From IMG/VR virus record IMGVR_UViG_3300042879_004946, positions 32,001 to 96,000 of that record: a stretch of DNA of 64,000 nucleotides; one strand, written 5' to 3'. The stretch's first letter is position 1; each line of letters begins with the position of its first letter. The notes beneath the pieces were generated by a model. That model was not told the origin of the DNA. It was given only the letters and a program-made list of their open reading frames with translations, and ran no database searches. Of the stretch, positions 49,227 through 57,877 are shown in pieces. Source of the DNA: a virus. The position numbers and the translations under genes are program-made.

Positions 49227-49537
49227 ATACGCATACATAAGTCTTTGATTTCTTGTTCATTAAGACCAAATTCTTGACGTAATTTTAACCAAATTTGACG
49301 ATAATCAACTAATAAATAAGGTTTTTTTTTATCTCTATCCACACTATCCGCCATTAAAGTAACCCCACTTTTATCCTTATATAACATCAAACCTGGATAA
49401 TTTTTTGAAGGAACCACCTTTAAGTTTGACATGATTTCATACAAAAATTCTTCAGCGGGGGAAAATTCTTTAATTTCCCCCACCCAATCAAAATCATCAA
49501 ATTCTTCTCTCAATATTTTTCTTATAAGATTTTTCAT
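49151..49537 (-). CDS. Array-fused small protein, paralog 3 (128 aa)
   Basis: Paralog of 4099 and 40148; reads through repeat 1 and spacer 1 and stops in repeat 2. Confidence 0.85.
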   Translation of the reverse strand: MKNLIRKILREEFDDFDWVGEIKEFSPAEEFLYEIMSNLKVVPSKNYPGLMLYKDKSGVTLMADSVDRDKKKPYLLVDYRQIWLKLRQEFGLNEQEIKDLCMRMLEMTHKRKVLSAYTNKSGIIYRWK

Positions 49538-49540
49538 ATT

Positions 49541-50080
49541 TTACATATAAGATTTTATTTTATCAGAACCATAAATTTTTATTAATTTTTTAATAACTGA
49601 CGCAGGATTTTTTCTCATATATTCAAGAGCTTGTGGTGGAATGTCTTCACCATATGGGCCAAAAATTGTTTTTAATTCCGATTCCCTTTGATAAGGTTCA
49701 AAACTAGATTTACGATATTTAGTTTCTTTTCTTTCTAGTTCTTTTTTTGGTGTTGCCTCATTTAATATTTTAACTACCAAGTTTTCAATATCGTTTTCGT
49801 TAAGTCTAATTATTTTACTCATTTTATTTTCTTTTAGGTTTTCCATTTTATCTTTTAAAAGTTTGATACGATTTTGTAATAACATTCTTGTACCATAAGT
49901 TGATTTACCACCTGGTGTGGCGTTACCAATCACTTTAATTTGATTTTCTATTTTAGAAATAGCTTTTTGTAAATCTTCTTTAGTTTTTAAACTTTCAACA
50001 TAACCATGACTAAAGTCACTTGGTTGTATCCTACTTTTATCACCTATACGTGATGCTCTAGCCTCGTTAAGTTTTTTCAT
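49541..50080 (-). CDS. Hypothetical protein with an internal leader-like motif
   Basis: Internal IRLNENDIENLVVKILNE matches the N-terminus of the 41062 ORF. Confidence 0.7.
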   Translation of the reverse strand: MKKLNEARASRIGDKSRIQPSDFSHGYVESLKTKEDLQKAISKIENQIKVIGNATPGGKSTYGTRMLLQNRIKLLKDKMENLKENKMSKIIRLNENDIENLVVKILNEATPKKELERKETKYRKSSFEPYQRESELKTIFGPYGEDIPPQALEYMRKNPASVIKKLIKIYGSDKIKSYM

Positions 50081-50868
50081 TTTAAAAATTTATTTAAACT
50101 GTCAATTATTTTTTGACTTCTATTATTTGTAATGTCTGTAAAAGATACTGTCGTAGGTTTAATATCTTCCATTAAATTCCATTGGCAAGTATAACCGTTA
50201 CAACCTTTTAATTGTGATTCAGTAAAAGTTTTTAAATCACCAGAATCGGTTGAAATCCAAGACCCTGGGGTTGATGGTGAGGTTACAATATCCCAACAGA
50301 TTAATTCAAAATCATCTTGAACAACGTTTTTACCATCTTCTTGTTTTAAAGAACCAACACCGCGAGAAGAGATACCAACAGTCCAACCTTTTCTAACCAT
50401 ATTTACTACTTTATCACCAACAGAACTAATAATACCAAGTTTATGATAACCTGGAGTGGTGTCAATTTCCATCTCACCCATCAAAGTCCTACCATCCCAC
50501 CAAGTTTTTGTGATTCTATGTGAAACACGGTCAGCATCGATAACGGAGGCTTCCGGGTGATTTAATTCACCTAAAGAAGTTCCCATTTTAATATATTCTT
50601 GATATCTAATATTTTCTCTTTCTAAAATTTCTTTGGGGTAAATTCTACCGTTTTTGTTTTCCACGCCCCATTTTTGAAGTACGGCATACATGGTGATCAC
50701 CTCTGGTAATGAACCGTCTTTACCGATATTAGTACCCGATTTAAATTCTCTAATTAAATTTTTATTACTAATTCCTTTATACGATAAATCAAGTGAAGCA
50801 TAACCTGCATCATATTCTACAAGTATACCTCTCCCTAATTCTCCTGGTTTTATTATTTTCATAAGCAT
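50077..50868 (-). CDS. gp21: Prohead core protease (T4 gp21-like)
   Basis: NKNGRIYP, GELNHP, GISSRGVGS, WDIVTSPS. Confidence 0.92.
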   Translation of the reverse strand: MLMKIIKPGELGRGILVEYDAGYASLDLSYKGISNKNLIREFKSGTNIGKDGSLPEVITMYAVLQKWGVENKNGRIYPKEILERENIRYQEYIKMGTSLGELNHPEASVIDADRVSHRITKTWWDGRTLMGEMEIDTTPGYHKLGIISSVGDKVVNMVRKGWTVGISSRGVGSLKQEDGKNVVQDDFELICWDIVTSPSTPGSWISTDSGDLKTFTESQLKGCNGYTCQWNLMEDIKPTTVSFTDITNNRSQKIIDSLNKFLK

Positions 50869-50900
50869 ATTTTTTTAATAAATATACCATAATAATAAAA

Positions 50901-50934
50901 AATAAAACCCCTGAGATATTTCAGGGGTTTTATT
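50901..50934 (-). terminator. Intrinsic terminator
   Basis: AATAAAACCCCTGA-GATATT-TCAGGGGTTTTATT inverted repeat. Confidence 0.75.
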
Positions 50935-51365
50935 TAACTTTTTCTTTTATAAAATTTAAAATCCTCGTCTTTTTCAAAGACATTATTTATAATTTCCTCT
51001 GATATCTTGTTTAATTTTGGTAATAATTTATCAGAATTTATTGGAAGTGGTTCTTTTTGAAATAATGTCATTTCAACCGACATGTAACTTCTTTTTTTGT
51101 GACTAATACCGGAAGATGCCATATTAAAATCAATAATTATTTTAGGATAAAAATGATTACTATCCAAAGTCTCGTATAAAAATTTTTTAACTTTTTTAGA
51201 TTTTTGTTTTATTATAACTTCAAAATTATCTTCATTTTTATTTTTTAATTGACCCCAAGCAGATATTTGAATATAAATTGATTCTGGGTTCTTATTGTCG
51301 ACGGTTCCTGATATAACATTGTATTCATACGGTAAGTTAAGTTTAATTTCTTTGCCTTTTTTCAT
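50934..51365 (-). CDS. Hypothetical protein
   Basis: 143-aa ORF. Confidence 0.75.
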   Translation of the reverse strand: MKKGKEIKLNLPYEYNVISGTVDNKNPESIYIQISAWGQLKNKNEDNFEVIIKQKSKKVKKFLYETLDSNHFYPKIIIDFNMASSGISHKKRSYMSVEMTLFQKEPLPINSDKLLPKLNKISEEIINNVFEKDEDFKFYKRKS

Positions 51366-51376
51366 TCATTAAATTA

Positions 51377-52516
51377 TTATTCTATAGTTATGCTAACTTT
51401 ATCAAAAACAGTTTCTATCATTAAGTTAGAAACTTTATAAGGATCACAATTAGCGGCTGGTCTTCTATCTTCAAAATAACCTTTTTCGTTTGTGTATGTG
51501 TGAACTGGAATACGAATGCTTGAACTTCTGTCGGAATTTCCAAAACTAAAAGAGTCCATACTAGAGGTTTCGTGTTTGCCAGTTAAACGTTTATCATTAA
51601 ATTCGCCATAACCTTCAATATGCTCTAAATGTCTTTCTTTTAACTTTTTACAGGCTTCTAAAATCTTTTTAAGACCACCTTTTTCTCGCATTTCTTTGGT
51701 GGAAAAATTAACATGACAACCGCTGCCATTCCAATCACCGTTAACTGGTTTTGGGTGATAAGAAATTCCATAACCCCTTTTTTCTGCAACTCTTTCTAAA
51801 ATATAACGAGAAACCCAGAGTTGATCAGAACCATTAAGTGCAGTCACTGGGCCTATTTGATATTCCCATTGGCCAATGAGAACTTCAGCATTAATACCAC
51901 CAATACTTAAACCGATTTCTGCACATTTTTGAAGGTGTTCCTCAACTATCTCGCGACCAACAACATTAAGGCCACCAACACCACAATAATAATCACCTTG
52001 TGGTCTTGGGTTGCCGTCTTGTGTTGTTTGAAAACCAAGCGGGATACCACCGCCGTATTTAAATTTATTTAAAGGATTTACTGCATGTGTGATAACATAC
52101 TCTTGTTCCCATCCAAACCAAGGAACTTCAGAATGGTTTGCATCAAATTCTTTAAATTTAAGATCTGACAATAATTCACGTAATTTAAACCTGGTATTTG
52201 TTTTGTGCGGTGTAACACCATCTGGGTTAAATACCTCACAAAAAACTAATTTGTGTTTTTTACCCCTAAAAGGGTCTTCAACAACATAAACAGGTTTTAA
52301 AACGCAGTCAGTACCTTGGAATTCATATTCTTTGGTAGCTGCCTGTTTAGTAGAACTGCCGTCAAAACTCCAAAGTGGGTACGACTCTGGATAACCTTGT
52401 TTTGGATTACCTTTTGACTCCAACGTCTCAATGTCTTCGACAACTTTTGTTTTACTTCTTAAATTTTGTGGGTTATTCCCATCCAACCAAATGTACTCTA
52501 AAAAAACTTTACTCAT
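51377..52516 (-). CDS. glnII: Glutamine synthetase type II
   Basis: EYIWLDG, FDGSST, GQWEYQIGP, DWNGSGCHVNFST, YFEDRRPAANCDPY. Confidence 0.92.
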   Translation of the reverse strand: MSKVFLEYIWLDGNNPQNLRSKTKVVEDIETLESKGNPKQGYPESYPLWSFDGSSTKQAATKEYEFQGTDCVLKPVYVVEDPFRGKKHKLVFCEVFNPDGVTPHKTNTRFKLRELLSDLKFKEFDANHSEVPWFGWEQEYVITHAVNPLNKFKYGGGIPLGFQTTQDGNPRPQGDYYCGVGGLNVVGREIVEEHLQKCAEIGLSIGGINAEVLIGQWEYQIGPVTALNGSDQLWVSRYILERVAEKRGYGISYHPKPVNGDWNGSGCHVNFSTKEMREKGGLKKILEACKKLKERHLEHIEGYGEFNDKRLTGKHETSSMDSFSFGNSDRSSSIRIPVHTYTNEKGYFEDRRPAANCDPYKVSNLMIETVFDKVSITIE

Positions 52517-52595
52517 ATATTTTTTTTAATATTTAAATTTTTGTTATATAAAACAATGGTAATGAAAAATTTTATATTTGAAAACCGCTATAAAC

Positions 52596-52626
52596 AAAAA
52601 AACCCCACAAATAGGGGTTCTTTTTT
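52596..52626 (-). terminator. Intrinsic terminator
   Basis: A-tract, AACCCC-ACAAATA-GGGGTT. Confidence 0.6.
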
Positions 52627-53386
52627 AAAGACTATTTTTCAAGTCATAAATTTTTAAAATATCTTCTTTAAAAGTTTCTAAATTGAATTTTGTGTTATAT
52701 AAAACATCTTTAACTTCCAGTAATCTAACTTTTACCTCAAGATTATTGTTGTGTTCTTTTATAGATTTACTTAACAAATCAATAGTTTCTTGTTTTATTT
52801 CTTCTAGTGTAATTTCTTTTTCTTTACTTTTTTCGGATAGAATTGCCTTTACAATTTTCTTTTCTTCTTCAGAAATATTTGAATATTTATCATTGTATTT
52901 TTTAGTTACAATTTCTAAAAACCTATCAACATCAACATTATTTTTTTCTTTTTTAACCTCTTCAATTTTTTTAGGTGTTACTAGCCAATTTTTAACAATC
53001 TCAAAAGATTCTGTTAAAGTTTTAATTGTATTAACGTTTTTCTCTAAAGTAATTAAATTGTTTAAAGCTACATGTAAATTTTTAGTTTCCACCAACTTTC
53101 TTTTACCCAATGTTTTTTGTAAATTATTATTTTCTTTAATAATAATTTCTTTTTTAAATTTATCAAAAAGGGAAATGTTTTCTTTAAGGTATTCAACTGC
53201 ACTAACTTCAGAAGAGAAGTAACCGTTTTCAATATTTTTATAAACAACAAATTGTGTTTTTAAAATTTCACTCTCTGAAAGTAATTTAATAAACTTTTTA
53301 TAAGTTAATTTTTCTTTTTTAGATTCATTGATATAGGAATCAATCAAAATTTTTGCGTATGTATCTTTTATTGTACCAAAATTCAT
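52625..53386 (-). CDS. Hypothetical head-module protein
   Basis: 253 aa, between portal and protease; late motif at 53404. Confidence 0.7.
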   Translation of the reverse strand: MNFGTIKDTYAKILIDSYINESKKEKLTYKKFIKLLSESEILKTQFVVYKNIENGYFSSEVSAVEYLKENISLFDKFKKEIIIKENNNLQKTLGKRKLVETKNLHVALNNLITLEKNVNTIKTLTESFEIVKNWLVTPKKIEEVKKEKNNVDVDRFLEIVTKKYNDKYSNISEEEKKIVKAILSEKSKEKEITLEEIKQETIDLLSKSIKEHNNNLEVKVRLLEVKDVLYNTKFNLETFKEDILKIYDLKNSL

Positions 53387-53410
53387 AATTATATTTTTAA
53401 TATATAAATA

Positions 53411-56400
53411 TTAGGAATTTAATAATAATTCATCATCACCGTTTAAATCTTCATCTTGTTCATCAATTAAACCTTTAATACCTTCAATCATCATCATAAT
53501 GTCTTCATTTTTACTGATACCTTCCATTAGTAATTTATCAATAATGCTTTTATTTTGGTTACGAAATCCCTCACCAAAACCTGTTTCAGTTCCTTGTGTT
53601 TCCCCACCACCTAATTCAGTTTCCCCACCTAATTCAGTTTCCCCACCTAATTCAGCCCCACCGCCGAAACCTCCGCCACCTAATTCAGCCCCACCGCCGA
53701 AACCTCCGCCACCTAATTCAGTTCCGCCACCAAAGCCACCAGCTTCAGCCCCAGTTTCAGTTCCACCGGCCCCAACATCTCCCGCGGCAGCTTCACCGCC
53801 TGTTGGTTTAATTTCACCATATATTTTATCAACACGAGTGAATAATCCACTATTTTTAATAACTTCAGCCGTACCTTCAAGTTCTTTAGTTGCGGCACGT
53901 TCCAATCTTTGACGTTCATCATCAACTTTAATTTCTTCGTCCGTCCAGTGGAAAATGTTTTTCTTTGCCCACATATGTGATGTTGGAGCAAAACCAGAAT
54001 CAATTTGTGAAACTAAGTCCTTGTATAGGGTAACTTTTTCCTTCCATTGTTCAATCTTTAACATTTCACCCTGTGTTGATGGGTTTGTAAGGTTTAAAGA
54101 AAAATTATTTAAATCATCTGTTAACCCTAAAATATACAAATGTATGATTGCAATTTTATTCAATTCCTGAATCATTGATTGTTGGATTTTATTAATAGTT
54201 CTGGCAAAACGAATGTCTAGCAAAGAAAGCGTCTTACCTTCGCCAACGGCTTCTTCAAAACCTAAAAAGGCTTTTGGTACCCTAAGAGCTGTTAATAATT
54301 TTTTCTGAATATACTCAATATCAGCAATATCACCCAAATTAGAGGCACCTGCCAAAGTATCTATTGGGTTTGGTGCGTTAGGGTCACGAACCGGAACAAA
54401 ATAATCTTGGTCAACCGCTAAAGTATTGTAGCGTAAATCTACTTGCCCTGTTTTTTGGTCAACCAATTGTTGTCTTTTAAATTTATTTGCAACTTTTTGT
54501 ACATATGCATCAACATCTTTATCATCTATATTACCAACATAAATTTTAAAAACACGTCTTTCTGGTGCTCTAACAACGCGATAAACTAACATCGCATCTT
54601 CGGATAACAAAAGTTGTTTCCAAATACGTCTTGCTTTTTCTAACATTGATGTTCCATAAGGTAAACGTCTATCATCACCCAATAAACGGAAATGAGCAAC
54701 CTCCCACGGGTTAAAATCCATTGCCTTTTCACGCCAACGAAATGTAACCTGTTTTGATTTATTCGGCTCTTGGTTTAAATTACCTTCGGGTTTTGTCGGG
54801 AACAAACCTTCTTCTTTTCTCTCAATTTCAATATTGGTTAATTGTGATGAACCAATAATTCCTTTTTTGTTATCTATTTTTAAAAAAACGAAATTATCAC
54901 CATATTTACAGTTGGACAAAAACACCCCAGAATCCCTTGAAAACAAACCATTTACATCCTTACCTAACACTGGAAAGTTATGTCTATCATGTTCTCCATT
55001 AGGCCCAACAGCTTCTAAACAATAGACATCCGATGTTTCATTTAATTTAACAACAGAAACAACTTTATGGTTTAATAAAGCTTTTTCTGTTGTTTTACCT
55101 AAATAAATTGATTTAGCTTTTATGTAATTTTTATCTAAAATGAGACTTGATTTAATTGACAACACAAAATCAAAATAATTCTGATTTGTTTTTCTATAAA
55201 TAACCTTATTTAATGTTGTCGGGTTTATCGACTTAGTAATGTCTTTTTTTAATGTGTAATTTTGATTAAATAACTCAATGAATTCAGGATCGTATTTAAG
55301 TAATTCAGATAATTTATTAATACCGACATAATTTTCAGAATTTTTTATAATATTTGAAATATATGTTAAGCATTCATCAGTTATAGTTATAGTCATACCT
55401 TTTTTGGTTTTCTCTATGAACTTATCTGAAGACCAATTGGCTAACATTTTTTTAACACGAATTTGATTGTGTTCTGAGTGTAAATCACTATGGTTATATT
55501 GTTCAAAATATTTAGGATAAATACCAGACATTTCTTTAGATAAACGTTCTTTTCGTTTATCTGACCTTAAATATTTATCAATACCTTCCATTCTTTTTTT
55601 AACAACTTCAGGAGACCCTAGTGTTTTATCAAAATGTTCTACATGTAGTTTAAAATGGTCTGAATGTGTTAGTCTAATTAAATTATTAGGATTGTTATTT
55701 AATTTATTGAAATCATTGTGATGTGTGTCAAACTGACCTCCAATAGATTTTTCATATTCTAAATCCCTAACACACTCATGAGCAACTAAAGAATGTGTAA
55801 ATTTATATTTACTAGAATTAGGGTTATACACTTTTTCATATCCCACAATGCGGTCTTTTTTCTTCTCACTTTTTCTAGTATAAAAAGGCATTAAGGATTG
55901 GCCAGATGTTAATTCATCGGCTCTTTTATAAGAACCGTCTCTAAGCATGTATTCATGGTCTGGTGTCGTATCAATATGTGTTCCATCGTCTAAGGTAACT
56001 CTTACTAATTCACTATTTTTTCTAGTTAGGTCACACCATATTATTTTACTAGGGACAATAGCCTTTGTACCGTCTTGAATAGCGTACGACCATATTTCTT
56101 CACCAGATTTAACTCTATTTGAGAGTTCTTTAATAGTAATTTCGGTACCATCTAACAATGGTATCATACTATTATCCCTAATAGGTGTGTTTCTAGTCCA
56201 CATAGGTAAATTTGTTTGAATATCTAAAATATTGTAAAACAAATCTTGTAACACACTTTTAACTCTTTTAGAGTCAGAATGTATGGTTAAAATATAACCT
56301 TGTTCACTTGGGGTTGTTGCCTCTTCGGAGTAAATATCTAATGCAGCGGAGATTTCCGGAGTATTATGTGAAAATATTGTATCTGTTGCAAAGTTTTTAT

Positions 56401-57814
56401 ACCCTGGAACTGTTAAATCATAAACTGGCATAACACCATAAGGCTCAATAGATTTTATTTTATGATTTATAATAACAGATTCTTCAACAGGTTTTTTTCT
56501 ACCCGCTTGTCCTTTTGTGATACCATAGGCTTCAGTGAATACTGTCCAATTTTTAAAACCACCTCTTTCAATCGATCTCATTAGTTTACCTGTGGTCACA
56601 TTTAAAGTTTTAGCTGTTTTTTGTATTGTGTTACATTTTTCAGCAGTTTCAACTATTAAATCCCACGGTATTAAATTAAAGTTTAAGTTTTTACGATTTT
56701 CAGCACTAGACGGGTTGTATTTTTCAATATTATAAACATCTAAAAAATCCATCCAATTTTTAAATCCATTAAATTTTAGTTCATTTTGAATTTTGTGTAT
56801 AGAAACTTTAAGGTTTTTAGCGGTCAACTCAATTGTTTTATATTTTCTAGCCGTTTCAACTATTAAATCAAAAGATAATTCTAAGTAAGAAGGATTATTC
56901 CTACCAACTCTTTTACCATCCCAGTGAAATTTACCAACATTATTACGACTAACTTCTATCATTTTTGCCCTATATTCAGGATTTGCCCACAATTTCTCAT
57001 TGTTTAATCTAGCATGGTAAGCTCTATGTTCACTTCTGTCCATTATAACCAAATTTTCTGGGTTATTATTTTTTCCATTAAAATCTTTATGATGGACCTC
57101 TTCATTTTCATTTTTAGGTCTGTAAAACCATTCGGCAATTATATCATGTTCAGGAACCCAACCATTTTTACCTGATCCTAATTTTGAATTACAGGTATAA
57201 ATCCAGTTATAATTTTGGTTATTATAAAAAGATTTACGATAGAAAGGCATCATTGAGTCCCCTTCTTTTAGTTCTTCAACTTTAGCAAAAATACCATCAC
57301 GTTTTAAAAATCTATGACCATATGTTGCAACAATAAATGAATCATCATCAAAAGTTATTTTATATGTCATTTCATCTCTTGTATAATGAGCGTTTCTGGC
57401 TTTGGCAGGAACCACTTGTTTTAAATTGTGGTCGTAAGCGTAAGTTATAAATTCATAATCTCTACCCTTATCGGCCAACTCTTTAATAGTGATAAAACCA
57501 TCTGGAGTTGCTATTTTAGTATCACCAATTATTGAAAATTCCATGCCCTCATAATCCATATAAGACGCAATTCTAGACGTTTCGTAGTAAACTGCCTTTT
57601 GATAAAGTTCACTATCAACTCTTGCCCATTGAGCCTCAAGATAACTTTGTTGTTGTAATTCTAATTTTTGTTTACTATAATCTTCTTTAGATTGAAACGT
57701 TAAAAGTTCTTTATCATTAAAATTATATTTTGGTGGAGTTCGTAAACTGCCTTTATTTGGACCAAAAAGATAAAATAACTTTTGGTATATTGTTAAATCT
57801 TTATTATCTGCCAT
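53411..57814 (-). CDS. gp20: Portal protein (T4 gp20-like) with two inteins; ~651 aa after splicing
   Basis: PEISAALD, CKYGDNF, LLSEDAMLVYRVVRAPERRVF.I.VGN, DYFVP, ALRVPK. Confidence 0.92.
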   Translation of the reverse strand: MADNKDLTIYQKLFYLFGPNKGSLRTPPKYNFNDKELLTFQSKEDYSKQKLELQQQSYLEAQWARVDSELYQKAVYYETSRIASYMDYEGMEFSIIGDTKIATPDGFITIKELADKGRDYEFITYAYDHNLKQVVPAKARNAHYTRDEMTYKITFDDDSFIVATYGHRFLKRDGIFAKVEELKEGDSMMPFYRKSFYNNQNYNWIYTCNSKLGSGKNGWVPEHDIIAEWFYRPKNENEEVHHKDFNGKNNNPENLVIMDRSEHRAYHARLNNEKLWANPEYRAKMIEVSRNNVGKFHWDGKRVGRNNPSYLELSFDLIVETARKYKTIELTAKNLKVSIHKIQNELKFNGFKNWMDFLDVYNIEKYNPSSAENRKNLNFNLIPWDLIVETAEKCNTIQKTAKTLNVTTGKLMRSIERGGFKNWTVFTEAYGITKGQAGRKKPVEESVIINHKIKSIEPYGVMPVYDLTVPGYKNFATDTIFSHNTPEISAALDIYSEEATTPSEQGYILTIHSDSKRVKSVLQDLFYNILDIQTNLPMWTRNTPIRDNSMIPLLDGTEITIKELSNRVKSGEEIWSYAIQDGTKAIVPSKIIWCDLTRKNSELVRVTLDDGTHIDTTPDHEYMLRDGSYKRADELTSGQSLMPFYTRKSEKKKDRIVGYEKVYNPNSSKYKFTHSLVAHECVRDLEYEKSIGGQFDTHHNDFNKLNNNPNNLIRLTHSDHFKLHVEHFDKTLGSPEVVKKRMEGIDKYLRSDKRKERLSKEMSGIYPKYFEQYNHSDLHSEHNQIRVKKMLANWSSDKFIEKTKKGMTITITDECLTYISNIIKNSENYVGINKLSELLKYDPEFIELFNQNYTLKKDITKSINPTTLNKVIYRKTNQNYFDFVLSIKSSLILDKNYIKAKSIYLGKTTEKALLNHKVVSVVKLNETSDVYCLEAVGPNGEHDRHNFPVLGKDVNGLFSRDSGVFLSNCKYGDNFVFLKIDNKKGIIGSSQLTNIEIERKEEGLFPTKPEGNLNQEPNKSKQVTFRWREKAMDFNPWEVAHFRLLGDDRRLPYGTSMLEKARRIWKQLLLSEDAMLVYRVVRAPERRVFKIYVGNIDDKDVDAYVQKVANKFKRQQLVDQKTGQVDLRYNTLAVDQDYFVPVRDPNAPNPIDTLAGASNLGDIADIEYIQKKLLTALRVPKAFLGFEEAVGEGKTLSLLDIRFARTINKIQQSMIQELNKIAIIHLYILGLTDDLNNFSLNLTNPSTQGEMLKIEQWKEKVTLYKDLVSQIDSGFAPTSHMWAKKNIFHWTDEEIKVDDERQRLERAATKELEGTAEVIKNSGLFTRVDKIYGEIKPTGGEAAAGDVGAGGTETGAEAGGFGGGTELGGGGFGGGAELGGGGFGGGAELGGETELGGETELGGGETQGTETGFGEGFRNQNKSIIDKLLMEGISKNEDIMMMIEGIKGLIDEQDEDLNGDDELLLNS
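53600..53740 (-). repeat. 18-bp and 33-bp tandem repeats encoding the Gly-rich portal tail
   Basis: GGGGFGGGAEL x2 and GGETEL x2, with identical DNA units. Confidence 0.8.
54911..56185 (-). mobile_element. Intein 2 in portal (425 aa; Pro1, block F Cys, class 3-like; HNH endonuclease)
   Basis: WTRNT|PIRDNSMI...TTPDH...VYCLE...FLSN|CKYGD; THHNDFNKLNNNPNNL. Confidence 0.82.
56363..57535 (-). mobile_element. Intein 1 in portal (391 aa; Ser1, HNH endonuclease)
   Basis: MEF|SIIGDTKI...ATYGH...VYDLTV...FSHN|TPE; VHHKDFNGKNNNPENL HNH motif. Confidence 0.88.
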
Positions 57815-57877
57815 TATTATTTTTTTTTATATAAATATCAAAATTAAAAATAAATAAATACTTGTAAATGTGAACTT

